From Podarcis muralis (Eukaryota), in the NCBI RefSeq assembly GCF_964188315.1, contig NC_135662.1:20956564-21020000 (forward strand): DNA of 63,437 nt, written 5' to 3'. Position numbers and translations under genes: made by a program. The number at the start of each line of letters is the position of its first letter. Position 1 is the first letter of the stretch. The notes under the pieces are model-generated. The model saw only the letters and a program-made list of their open reading frames with translations, was not told where the DNA came from and searched no databases. Shown here one piece after another: positions 36,711 to 48,044 of this stretch.

Positions 36711-37774
36711 ATAGCTACAATGAAAAATATTTTTGTTGGGTTAAAGGAAGACTAGGTAAAAATTTCAAAGGGCCTTTATAAACCTGTAATATACTATTGA
36801 CCCCTAATACTGTCTACAATGATACTAAGGAAAGTAATTTGTCTATTATGAAAGACAAAATATCGGATCTTTTACCCTCAATGCTTCAACTTCAGAAGAA
36901 ATAGGTTCTCCGCCAAGCATTGGTAGGCAAGAAAAACCAATAAATTCAAATAGCATTTTGCAGGGGCACCAATTTCTAGAACCTTATCACATGGGGTGGC
37001 ATTCAATTAAGTTTCACTGAGAGTAGCCCTACTGGGTTTAATGGATCCTAGCCAGGATCATTAGTTTCAATGGGTCTACTCTGAGTAAAACTTAATTGAA
37101 TACTCCACACTGTTTCTCAGTTCTCTGTTATTCCAATATGGATGCAATTGTCCCCAAATACTGGTAGAATAAACACATGGGTGTCGGGGAGAGCAGTTGA
37201 AACAATTCAAATCTCATGATGACAAAAATTTGGACCATGCGTCCTGCCCCTCCCTCCCATTTGAGCCCAACCATTGACAAGAGGTTAAGAATTTGAAGCA
37301 TGGAACTACTGGTAAATAAAATTCAAGAGGGGCCTGGAACAAAATACTGCAAAGTGGAATATTCCTAGACAATGTCCCCAAATAGCCATTCCAACCCATT
37401 TTCAGTTTATCGTCCATGAATGTGGCCACCGAACATTCTCAGTCCTCACTGGGTGTCTTGGGGTTTTTTGGGAGGAGGGGGTTTAAATTTTTATTTCTGC
37501 AAAGCTTGGGATCCTCCCAAGTCTGCTCAAACCTCCATCCTGTGCATGGATGGTGATGTTTTTTTTTGCTACTGAGCTCCAGCATTCACACTCTGACAAC
37601 TGGAAATAAGAATTGTAGGGTTGGAAGGGATCCTGAGGGTCATCTAGTCCAACCCCCTGCAAAAGGCAGGAATCCCAACATGCAGTCCCCCATCCAAATT
37701 GAAACCATACCGGTAGCAATTCCTTCTTTCCTTCAGGGAATTTGTGTGTCTAAATAAAGTCCCGACTCAAGTTT

Positions 37775-39579
37775 CATGTTACATGTACTTAAGATTTATT
37801 TGCTCTATATCAGTATGACCTTATAGTACTTAAAATCCATTACAGGATTGTTTATAGTTAGTCTTAAACCCACAAAGACAATAATACTGCTGTGGAAGAC
37901 CAAAGGGGAGAAAAAGCCATTTAATTTATTTACAGTTTCATTTGTAAACATTTAATCTACATATATTGTACTATGTTCTAACAGGAGTAAAGAGCTATAC
38001 ATTGAGACAGAAAATGATGCCCTGTATGTTTAGTTGTATTAAGCATGAGCATATTGTAGAGATAGAACATCCCCTTTCCTGTTACCACAGCAGTAAACAT
38101 CCTTCCGATAAGTGTTTGAACTTCTGAAAGAACTTTATATTAGCGACATACAATACAACTACAGCTAATGATTTAAGCCAAACCCTTTGGCTTCTTATTC
38201 CATTTCTAGAATAATTTAAAGTGCTAGAAGCAACCCGTCAATCAACACTTTCTCTCTCTCTCTCTCTCTAAAATAACAAAAACTACTTTTAAACATTAAT
38301 TTACAAAGAAATATATACAATGTTCATCTGGAACAGCTGAGATTTCAGCACAAAATCATTCACTGTCACACTTAACAGCTTTTTTTTTCAATTTTTGCTT
38401 TTGCATAAACATAGAATATAAGCTTTGAAACAAACTGTTGTTGAGCGATTATTGCCACAATGGCTTTTCGGTTCTCCTACAAAAGTGAACGAGAGCTACT
38501 GATTAACTGTATTTTAGCCTGTCTTGTTTTTCATTTTGAGGTCACGGAACAATAAGTTTGCATATTACAAGTCTACTGGGTTACAATGTCTACCTAGAGT
38601 ACATTACCTCATTGAATCAGAGCTGGTGCTAACTGCAGTTTTACAACATAGATCCACTCAAAAGAAAAAAGAGAGAACACCACACCTATATTTTTTTCTC
38701 TTTTTTTTTGGACAGGAGCAATTCTTGGAGACGATGTGCTACAAAGCTACAACAGAAAAACTATAAAACAGTATATATATCTATATATCTGACACTTTAT
38801 GCTGTTTGGGGAAAAAATGCATCTGTTTCATAGTCTTAGAACATATAATGCCCCTGCTATAGCTATGACTTCTCCACTGCAATACGCTCACTTTGTCCAA
38901 CTGAGCATTGGTATTTTGTTTCTCTTGACCACGTAGCTCAATCGTTACCCAACATTTGTCCCAATCCTGCAGATCATGAACAGCTTGTGCAAAATACTTC
39001 AATACAATCAATAAGGGCAGCTACATTTTTACTGTTAAATACAACAGACATGAATTCTCTACGCATGAAAGGAAATGACACCGTTGAATGTGGATGAATA
39101 CTTTGTCTAGTAAGTGGCACCATCTGAATGGTTAAAAATAAATAAATGGCCCAGACTGATCACTGTCAAAAATTTCAGAATCTCCATTTGTCTCTTATTT
39201 AGACCAACAGGGACATGTTTCACTACAGTTTGTGTAAATACATGTTTTCTCAATGAAATAGCCCAAAAGAGTATAAGAAAGCTTTGGAGTAGTGGGGGTG
39301 GGGTGGGGGGAAACCCAGGGATGACAAGCCACATGACGAGAGAGACCTACCTTCCCCTATAAAGTAAAAACTCCAATTATGACTTGTGAGAGCTACATCC
39401 TTCAAAAAATATAGCAGGCTGATTAAAAATAACCTAAATAATGTTTTATGTAAAGGTATTTAGATGGCCATGCAGAGAATTTTGAAAGGCATTGCTGCAT
39501 TATATTGCTTCAAGGGCTTTTTGAGCTGCACTGATCCATTTCAGGTTTGGGACAACCTTTTGTAGTAGCAGTTTATTTT
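37775..39579 (-). other. OXR1: OXR1 3' UTR (about 1.8 kb; distal end approximate)
   Basis: TE-free AU-rich sequence downstream of the stop, ending near AATAAA at 37795-37800. Confidence 0.6.
37795..37800 (-). terminator. candidate OXR1 poly(A) signal
   Basis: AATAAA on the minus strand, just before TE-derived sequence resumes; a second AATAAA at 37925-37930. Confidence 0.55.
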
Positions 39580-39715
39580 TTATTCAAAGCCCCAAATTTC
39601 AATGTCTTGAATAATGAAATCTTCTTTCTTAGAAAGAATGCGATTCCCAAATGTTTTGCAAGAATGACTTCTTCCATGGTAGAGATCGCCATCGAGCCAA
39701 AGTGCAAATTCACCC
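39580..39715 (-). CDS. OXR1: OXR1 last coding exon (G)GEFALWLDGDLYHGRSHSCKTFGNRILSKKEDFIIQDIEIWGFE*
   Basis: atattccag|G completes GG+G; TAA at 39580-39582; canonical TLDc C-terminus. Confidence 0.97.
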
Positions 39716-41229
39716 CTGGAATATGGAAAAAAGAATTATTTCTCCACAGTAGGAAGCCACCCTCCTTACATGAATTAAGACATACATGAATTAAGACATA
39801 CATGATTAGAACTCAAGAACAACAGGCATGTTCCATTTCCTTTCCATCCCTGAACACAATTGCAACTGCATTTGAAACCAGCGCATTTTGCTAGGAATTC
39901 TTTCCTTGCCATAAATATTTCGGCATCCCTTTTAACTGAAGGGTGAACAGAGACTAATCAGGTAGCATTAAGTTACACCTATTTAGCTACACACACTACT
40001 GAAGTTTGGCACCTGCAGACAGAGCACTGTACAGAACACTGTACAGAAATGCAACCTGGTCCCTCACTAAGTAGTTTTTACTTTTTAATAAAACATGAAT
40101 CCAGTCTTCCTTGTATTCATCCAGCACTGAAACACCTGAGGGAAAGGTTCAGAGAATTTGGCAGAAGATGAGAGGTCCTGGGCAGAAAAAAAAGCAAACT
40201 TGGGAGCTCGCATAAAGATGGATCACTATTAATATGAAAACACTACATAGAATTTATATGTGTTCAATGTGCTTCACACACAATCTTCTGGCAATCGTTA
40301 GAACAATCCTGTGAGACAGGTCAGTATTCTTCTCTCCTGTGTTGCACAGGGAATGAAGATGAAGCTGAAGCAATAGTGGCTCACCTTAGGCTACATAGCA
40401 AGTTCCAAATGTTTGAAATGCACAGTTTTGAATTCACAGCTCAGTTTGCTAGCCGTTATGCTATACCTGCAGTAAATTTAACATCTGGAGGGCACCAGAT
40501 TGCAGAAGGCAGTAGGATAGGGAACTGGTGGCCCTCCAAATTTTTTTGTTTGTTTGTTTGTTTTGAGGAGGGGATTTCAACTCCCATCAGCTGCAAAGAC
40601 CATGGCCAAAGGTCAGGGATGATGGGAACTGCACTCCCACAGCATCAGATTCCTGCCTTAGAGCTATTCTCTCTACATTGCTTCACCTCCCACTCTTCTC
40701 TCCATATCTCCCTGCCCTTGGACATTCTGTTCATATGAAGGGAATATTCCATTTCAACTGAAACTGTGAATGAAGGTTATATGGGAGAGAGAAGGAAATA
40801 CTATAGGAAATGATAGCTCGGAAACAATATTTAATGTAAAAGAAGTCAACATGGCCATGAACAAAGGGTATTAATTATTGGATGTGACCCCAAAATTCTA
40901 TTTGCAAACACTGGTAAGTGTATAGATTTATCAAGAAGCAAAAGCATTAAGATGTCTAGAAGCAGATAGAAGAGGAGAAACGGTACAGTGTCTTAAGAAG
41001 ACCACTTCAAAGTGAGTATATATATGAAAAAAAGGCTGTAAGAGCTGCATTTATAATCAGGACTGCATAATTCCTTCAAAGTAATGTTTCATTATTCAAG
41101 TATCATAGCTACAAGGTTCAATATAGTTAACAGCATACCACTTCTGTATCTGAGGGCTTTATCTGGTGGAGGGGGAACCCACCATAAAAACCAATCCTTA
41201 CTAAGAGAATAAATAAATTCATCACTCAC

Positions 41230-41303
41230 CCTCCGCCACCAAAAGCTAGGGCGTCCATGTCGCCTTTAAGAAAGAACATATTGTCCCCAGTCCACGTGAA
41301 AGT
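41230..41303 (-). CDS. OXR1: OXR1 TLDc exon TFTWTGDNMFFLKGDMDALAFGGG(G)
   Basis: aacattag|ACT ... GG|GTGAGT; 74 nt, phase 0-2. Confidence 0.96.
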
Positions 41304-42184
41304 CTAATGTTAAAAGAATGAAAAAAACAACAGCCAGACACAGTGATTATGTGAAATTACTACCCCAGGGGAAAAATGGCCAGGGGTGGGAGGGGAGTAA
41401 AGCAACGTCAATGGTTTTTGTTTCAGAGAGTGCTATGGATAATACTTTATAAGCAGGACCTGCTACAAAACATTGCTGCATGAGCCTCCTATGCCTTCTT
41501 CCAGGATATTGATACTATTCCTGCATTGCAGGGGGTTGGACTAGATGACCCTCAGGAACCCTATCTATGAGTCTATTATTCACCCTTCCCAGGTTTCTGT
41601 TTCTTGATTTTTCCTCAAAGAGACAGAGAGGTTTTCAGCTAAGATTTACTCATAGTAGACCCATAAAAATTAACGGACATAACTTGTCACATTCATTAAT
41701 TTCAGTGGAACTTAGCTGAATGCCACCCTGAAATTTGGCATTCCATGGCCACTGTGCATGTTTAAGTCCTCTACAGAAAATGAATTTCATAACTGAGAAG
41801 TCACTGTTACATATGTTCACTGAAGCAGACCCTCTGAGCTAGATCTTAAGGTCCTTTAAGTAATAATTCCCTTCCAAGTCATTCAGGGGCTTATGGGCAA
41901 TAACCAAAGTCAATTATTAGTATAGAATATTAAATGCACTCTTACACCAGGTTCATCTTATTTTAAGAAGATGACACATAATCATCTTGCAGTTCAATGA
42001 CATTCCTTCTTAGGGCAATTTTTTAAAGAACTGCTTTATTAGAGCGAAGTCCACAGACAAATAAAGCAAAACATTAAAATTACAACCAAAAGGAGAAGTT
42101 ATAGAAAGCTGACAAGAACTTAACTCTACATATTCTCTGAGGGGGGCTTTTAAGATTAATATCAACTTAAAAGCATAAAATTCA

Positions 42185-42328
<144 letters not shown>

Positions 42329-43324
42329 CTAGAAAAATAATAATTAAAATGATCTGGTGTTCATGAGATTTCCTTCCTTAATATATCTGTAAGCAGTACA
42401 ATTAGAACTCTGATACGGTCTTTCTTCATGTCCAGATTAAATTAGATCCCTCCACTAATTTCTCTTCAGATCAAATGAATTTACTTCTCCTTACTTACAA
42501 TGCTGAGCTAATATTAATTATCTCCAGGAAGGTATTTAATGTAACTATTTTTCCAAGGCAATTCCGGATGGCAGTTTGCTTAGAAACCAGAGAATCAACT
42601 CAGGAAACACAAAAAGAGGTACTTATTGGTGCAAAAAATAACATAAAATAAAAAGAATAGCAGTGACTGACTGACTGCCATTGTTAATGTCTGTGATGAT
42701 TAGCCAATTTGGGACAGAAGTTATCAGAGTAGGATCACTGCAACGAATTTAGCTTGCTTTCAGCAGGCATGCTGATTCAGTGTGCCTCTTATACAAGCAA
42801 ATCAGCTTCCTGAAAACACAATAGAACAATCTTGAGCCTTGTCCTGCTCAGCTGAGCTCCACCCTTCCTCCTCCACCTCACTACCTCTGCTTTCCTATTC
42901 TGCTACAGTACAAGACTTGCTGCTGTTTTATTGGCTCAGAGCAAGAAATGTGCAGCTGCCAAAACGCAGCACCATAAAATGCAACTCTGGGGTGCTATCT
43001 ATCTCCTGTGGCCCTGTATAACTCTGCTCAGGAGAATGAAGGAAAGCAGAAGCAGTAATCATAGCACACCTTTGTGTTTTTTCAGATGGACTGAAATTAG
43101 AGGTGGACAAGTGTTTTTAGAGCCCAACATTCACCTTGTGCATGAGAAGAGCATTATGAGCCACAGAGATCTGTATTTCCAAATCAGGAAAAAACAAAAC
43201 CTAGTGGCATTACTAAAGTTAGTTCTGATGTTTTGCTGCAAATGGCCAAGCCATGTACTATGGCACATTAAAAAGCCACTATATAGATACAATATGCACC
43301 CAGGTCTTAAGGTTTGGGGAATTA

Positions 43325-43492
43325 TGTGGTTGTAACACAAGAGTCTTCTTTTAGCACCCTAATTTTTTTTTAAAAAAAAATTGTGGCAGATGAAGTAGGC
43401 TCTATGAAACTTGACACCTAAGTACTTTAATAGACAAAATACTACTTCCTACAGCACAATAAATTTGCCAGATTAAAGGGCCACAGGATCCC
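43325..43492 (+). mobile_element. possible Penelope-like element remnant
   Basis: GATGAAGTAGGCTCTATGAAAC...AATAAATTTGCCAGATTAAAGGGCCACAGG resembles reptile Penelope termini as I recall them. Confidence 0.35.
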
Positions 43493-43496
43493 AATA

Positions 43497-43722
43497 CAGT
43501 GATACCTCGGGTTACATACACTTCAGGTTACAGACTCTGCTAACCCAGAAATATTACCTCAGGTTAAGCACTTTGCTTCAGGATGAGAACAGAAATCGTG
43601 CTCCGGTGGCACGGCGGCAACAGGAGGCCCCATTAGCTAAAGTGGTGCTTCAGGTTAAGAACAGTTTCAGGTTAAGAACGGACCTCTGGAACGAATTAAG
43701 TACTCAATCCGAGGTACCACTG
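43497..43722. mobile_element. same Tigger-like MITE family, in OXR1 intron
   Basis: TA|CAGTGATACCTC...GAGGTACCACTG|TA. Confidence 0.88.
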
Positions 43723-44053
43723 TACCAAAAAAACCTTGCTATATGTCATATTACTCCTATCTAGAGTAGTGACATGTAAGCCTGTTGAGGCTTCTGAAGT
43801 TTCTCCAGAGACAGGAAAAAGAAGATAGAAAGGATTGCAGTAACACATGCAAGCAACAGCTTCTGGCTACTTTTCTCCAACCCCCTGCTCCATTAAAGTT
43901 AAGCAGAGAAACAATACTCAGCACTGGCTCATTGCTCCTCTCCTGTGATTAATGTAAAATGAAGATACGCTATACGATGGCTAATTCAAGAGGTTTTAAA
44001 CTTTGGGGTTTGTTTGATGGGGGAGAGAGAGGAAGTGTTCATTGTTTCCTTAC

Positions 44054-44206
44054 CTGTCCATCACTGTCTTTGATTACCATTAGCACTGGTGTGTCCAGCC
44101 CCATCATGGTTCTGTACAGGGTCTTCAAGCTCATGCCATGCTTTGCAGTACTGTAGACAAGGGTCCATGGATACCCAATAGTTCGTGGTGGAAGATGTTT
44201 TGTGAG
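44054..44206 (-). CDS. OXR1: OXR1 TLDc exon LTKHLPPRTIGYPWTLVYSTAKHGMSLKTLYRTMMGLDTPVLMVIKDSDGQ
   Basis: tttattag|CTC ... CAG|GTAAGG; 153 nt, phase 0-0. Confidence 0.97.
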
Positions 44207-45419
44207 CTAATAAAAAACACAGATGCAAATAATGCATACATACTGAATATACTGGATTAATTTAAAAAAAAAAAAAAGCTTTGGAGTGACACAATTCACA
44301 CACATGTGACCAATCTTCCTCCTGCTAGACTTTTGTAGTTCATTATTTCAAGTCCAACACTTAAAACTGCTTTGCACAAAAATGGTCATAATATTTAATT
44401 TCGAACCAACAACAACAAACGAGACAAGCTGTATTTTTAAAGTTACTTGCTTGAACTAAAGTCACGGGGATTTACTTCCAACTAAAAGCATTTAGGATTG
44501 GGTTGTTAGGCACAATGGACAGTCTGTCTTGCCCACATCAGAAACAATTCAGGGGACCTAAATTGTTTTGTTGAATGTCCAGCAGATGTTTTGTAAACTA
44601 ATACAGGTCTCAAGCAGGATATGGTAAAGATCAGAACTTCACCTTTCATTTTCTATTACTTGATGAACCATCTAGACATACTGTAAATTGTGGGACACAT
44701 TCCCATGGCACCCAGAGTTACTGATAAGTCATGGTCAGTCACGATCACTTCATTACCCACAAAGTTTCATAGAAGAAAAGGCTGAGGAACCTTCCAGAAC
44801 AGATTGGGGAGGGAGTATAGAACTAGGGAATTGACAAAGATTAATAGCATAAGGAAAAAAACAAAGGCCTGTCTAATTCAGCAATCTGTTTTCACAGTGG
44901 CCAAAGATATGCCCATTGAAAGCACAAAAGCTGGACAGGAGGCCAACAGAACCTGTGCTGTCCAGCAACTTGTATTCAGAGGGATACAACCTCTGATACT
45001 GGAGGTAAGATATAGCCATAATAAATAGTACCCTCCCCTCCTTCCCGTTTAAAGAACACCTTATCCTGGATTAACAACCAGATACAGTACATATAATTTC
45101 TAATCCACCCTAAGTGGATTATTCATATAATTATAATATACAGAGAAGAGCACAAATATGAATTATGGGCTGGAACTAACTTAACTAGTTTTGAACCTTA
45201 CCAGAAGCATTTTGGAGCCAGGATGTATTACTTCAATAAAACAATCACATGAACAATTTTCTCTTTTTATCTTAATTGATTTTTGGTAACTTGTTTATAC
45301 CAGCATCTTCAGGAGGAGGAGTGCATTATTTACTTTAACACTTCAGCTTTTTACAGCAATGTTAAATAAAATGTCAAAGCTATCATTTTGAGGACCGCCA
45401 TACCTTTCTTATTTCATAC

Positions 45420-45542
45420 CTTTTCAATTTGCTCCGGTTGTAACAATTCACTGGGGTCATTAAGATTTGGCCGAAATGCCTCAGGCTCCAGGGTCGCCTT
45501 TATCGTTCCCTGTGTTGAAGGTGTATCTTCCCTTGTGCTGAT
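45420..45542 (-). CDS. OXR1: OXR1 exon ISTREDTPSTQGTIKATLEPEAFRPNLNDPSELLQPEQIEK
   Basis: tttgcag|ATC ... AAG|GTATGA; 123 nt, phase 0-0; FRPNLxDPSELL motif preceding the TLDc domain. Confidence 0.95.
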
Positions 45543-45875
45543 CTGCAAAGATGGAGGAAAAATTAAATAAGCATTCAAAATACCATGCAGCATATCTGCA
45601 AATCTGAAAACACTTGTTAAAGCTACTTGTTAAAGCTTTCAAGGCCTATACAACTATACTCTTCCCTATTGTAAGAAAGCCACAGCGTGCCCCAGTATAC
45701 AGTACTGACATATTAAAATAGCTTCTGGCTTTTTTCCTCATCACATATCTCCTGTAATATTTGAAATAAAAGTTTTTAACCGCATAGGAACTTGCAGAAT
45801 ATTTTCAACTGGCATGACACAGGGCCAAATGTGACAGATGGTAGCAAATTATTGTCTGCACCAGTCCCATCATTC

Positions 45876-45876
45876 A

Positions 45877-45939
<63 letters not shown>
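45876..45939. repeat. (AAAG)n microsatellite in OXR1 intron
   Basis: direct inspection, about 16 units. Confidence 0.95.
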
Positions 45940-47348
45940 GTGAAGGCCCATGCTAGCCCAACTGGGAGAAAACCACATTGGGAGGAGACTATTTTGCTGT
46001 TTAAAATTGGATCTCCCCAATCTCCAGCTTTGTGATTAAAGATAACCCAAACACAAAAATCATCATCAACAAGTTTAGCCAGGCTCTTTAAAAGGGGGGG
46101 GTGTGATCTATTAATATTTTTCTAGTTAATACTATATTAATTTGTGTTTACATTTAAAGGATGCATAGAAACTGACACCCAAACAGGAGTCACAGTACCC
46201 TTCACCTTCCACCCCAAGTAGCAAGCAGCTTCTTCCCACCTTTGAAATGCAAATGACAAATGTACTCATCAGTGATTCAAATGCTGATAAATACACCCAT
46301 ATTTCTCCTATCTCCCTGCAATGCCTCGACTGGGCCACCTGCTCCCCCTTTAAGCACAGCATAATGTTTGCCACTTTAAGACAACTATTTTTAAAAGCCG
46401 AAAAACATCTTAGGGAGGAGTATCAGTCAGTAAGTGTTGTGCATAGCCAACTTCTGGCGCAAAATTGTCGTGTGTGTCCCGAGTTTGATTTCTGAATATT
46501 GTACATCAGAACAAAATATGATGAGTGCATTCCAGTGCTCAGATTAAGTACATAAATACACACCAAAAAGCTTCCATTCTAATCTTGGTGAATTTAGTAA
46601 AAAAATGAGTTTATTCTCTCTTTTGGAAATGTCACTTTACTGATTGGCACAGTGTACTTACTTAGGGCAGAATTACACATTCCTGTGGCAGATCCCAAAA
46701 CAAGAAAATGGTCATCTACCAAACAGCTTTAAAACAGCAGGGTGGGAAAAGATTTCATGCAAAGCATGGGCTACAGGGATAGTGATGCTAAGCGTTCCTT
46801 TGCCTCAGAATACAGCAGCTGTCCATTAAGACAGGCTCATTTCTGATGCCAATGCCCCACTATGAGAAAGGAAATGGGGAAGGCGATCGTAGGAGAAAAG
46901 CGAGTTTCATCACCTCCTTTTGCTCACTGTCTCTCTCTTCAGAATCCCCACCCCTGTTTTACAGCTGTTGTGGGAGCCTATATTATAATTCATGGGCCAG
47001 TCGTGAATATCTTGTTTAGCTCTCAGAGAAAGACAAAATTAAATTAAGCAAGAAACATCAGCTCACTGTGTAGTACAGCTCCAGATTTCTTTAAATAGAC
47101 TTCCTCCACCTTCCTGGACACATTCCTCTTGCCATTTACATATGATCATATAAGTTGCTATAACTGTTTTCTGAAGCCAACTCCTAGGGGCTGTGGGAGC
47201 TTCGGTCCCCACACTAAAATATTTGAGGGGGCTGGGCATTGCTATTCAAATGGTGTGCGTGCACAGTGTCATGTGATCGACTATGTGGGGAGGGGCTTAC
47301 CTGGGCTCCCGCAATATTTCATTTAAGTTGGCATCCCTGCAGAACCAT

Positions 47349-47381
47349 TATGTATGTATGTATGTATGCGTTATGTATGCG

Positions 47382-47419
<38 letters not shown>
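47349..47419. repeat. compound (TATG)n/(TG)n microsatellite
   Basis: direct inspection. Confidence 0.9.
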
Positions 47420-47423
<4 letters not shown>

Positions 47424-47688
47424 CACAATTATTTTCTGAAACACAACTATCTTTTGAAACTCCATTTATGGGTGGAAATGCCCTCTGGCACCCAAATTTT
47501 GCACCGAGATTTTAAAGATTATTTATTATTATTAAATGTCCTATCCATGTTTTTCCACAATGCCCTTTTGAACTTGTGGGGTGACCTAAGGAATTACGTG
47601 GCAGCTGGCTGCAGTGAGAACTTCTGTGGCTCAGAAATGAAAGCACTACAGGACTTTAAAACCTCTCCTTGTGGTACAACAATCTGTA

Positions 47689-48044
47689 AAGGTAAAGGTA
47701 AAGGGACCCCTGACCATTAGGTCCAGTCATGACCTACTCTGGTGTTGCGGCGCTCATCTCGCTTTATTGGCCGAGGGAGCTGGCATACAGCTTCCGGGTC
47801 ATGTGGCCAGCATTGCCAAGCCACTTCTGGCGAACCAGAGCAGAGCACGGAAACGCCGTTTACCTTCCCGCCAGAGCGGTACCTATTTATCTACTTGCAC
47901 TTTGACGTGCTTTCGAAATGCTAGGTTGACAGGAGCAGGGACCGAGCAACGGGAGCTCATCCCGTCGCGGGGATTCGAACCGCGACCTCCTGATCAGCAA
48001 GTCCTAGGCTCTGTGGTTTAACCCACAATGCTACCCGCGTCCCT
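47689..48044 (-). mobile_element. Sauria SINE, full length, 14-bp TSD (1 mismatch), in OXR1 intron
   Basis: TACAACAATCTGTA (47675) and TACAACAATATGTA (48045). Confidence 0.9.

Noticed and set aside
45402-45419. Second donor-like site AAG|GTATGG 17 nt downstream of the OXR1 donor at 45419
   Set aside because: Use would frameshift the TLDc domain; no evidence beyond motif similarity.
47462-47471. Perfect CArG box CCATTTATGG
   Set aside because: Isolated, 23 kb from the ABRA promoter and next to a microsatellite; about one such match is expected by chance in AT-rich sequence of this size.
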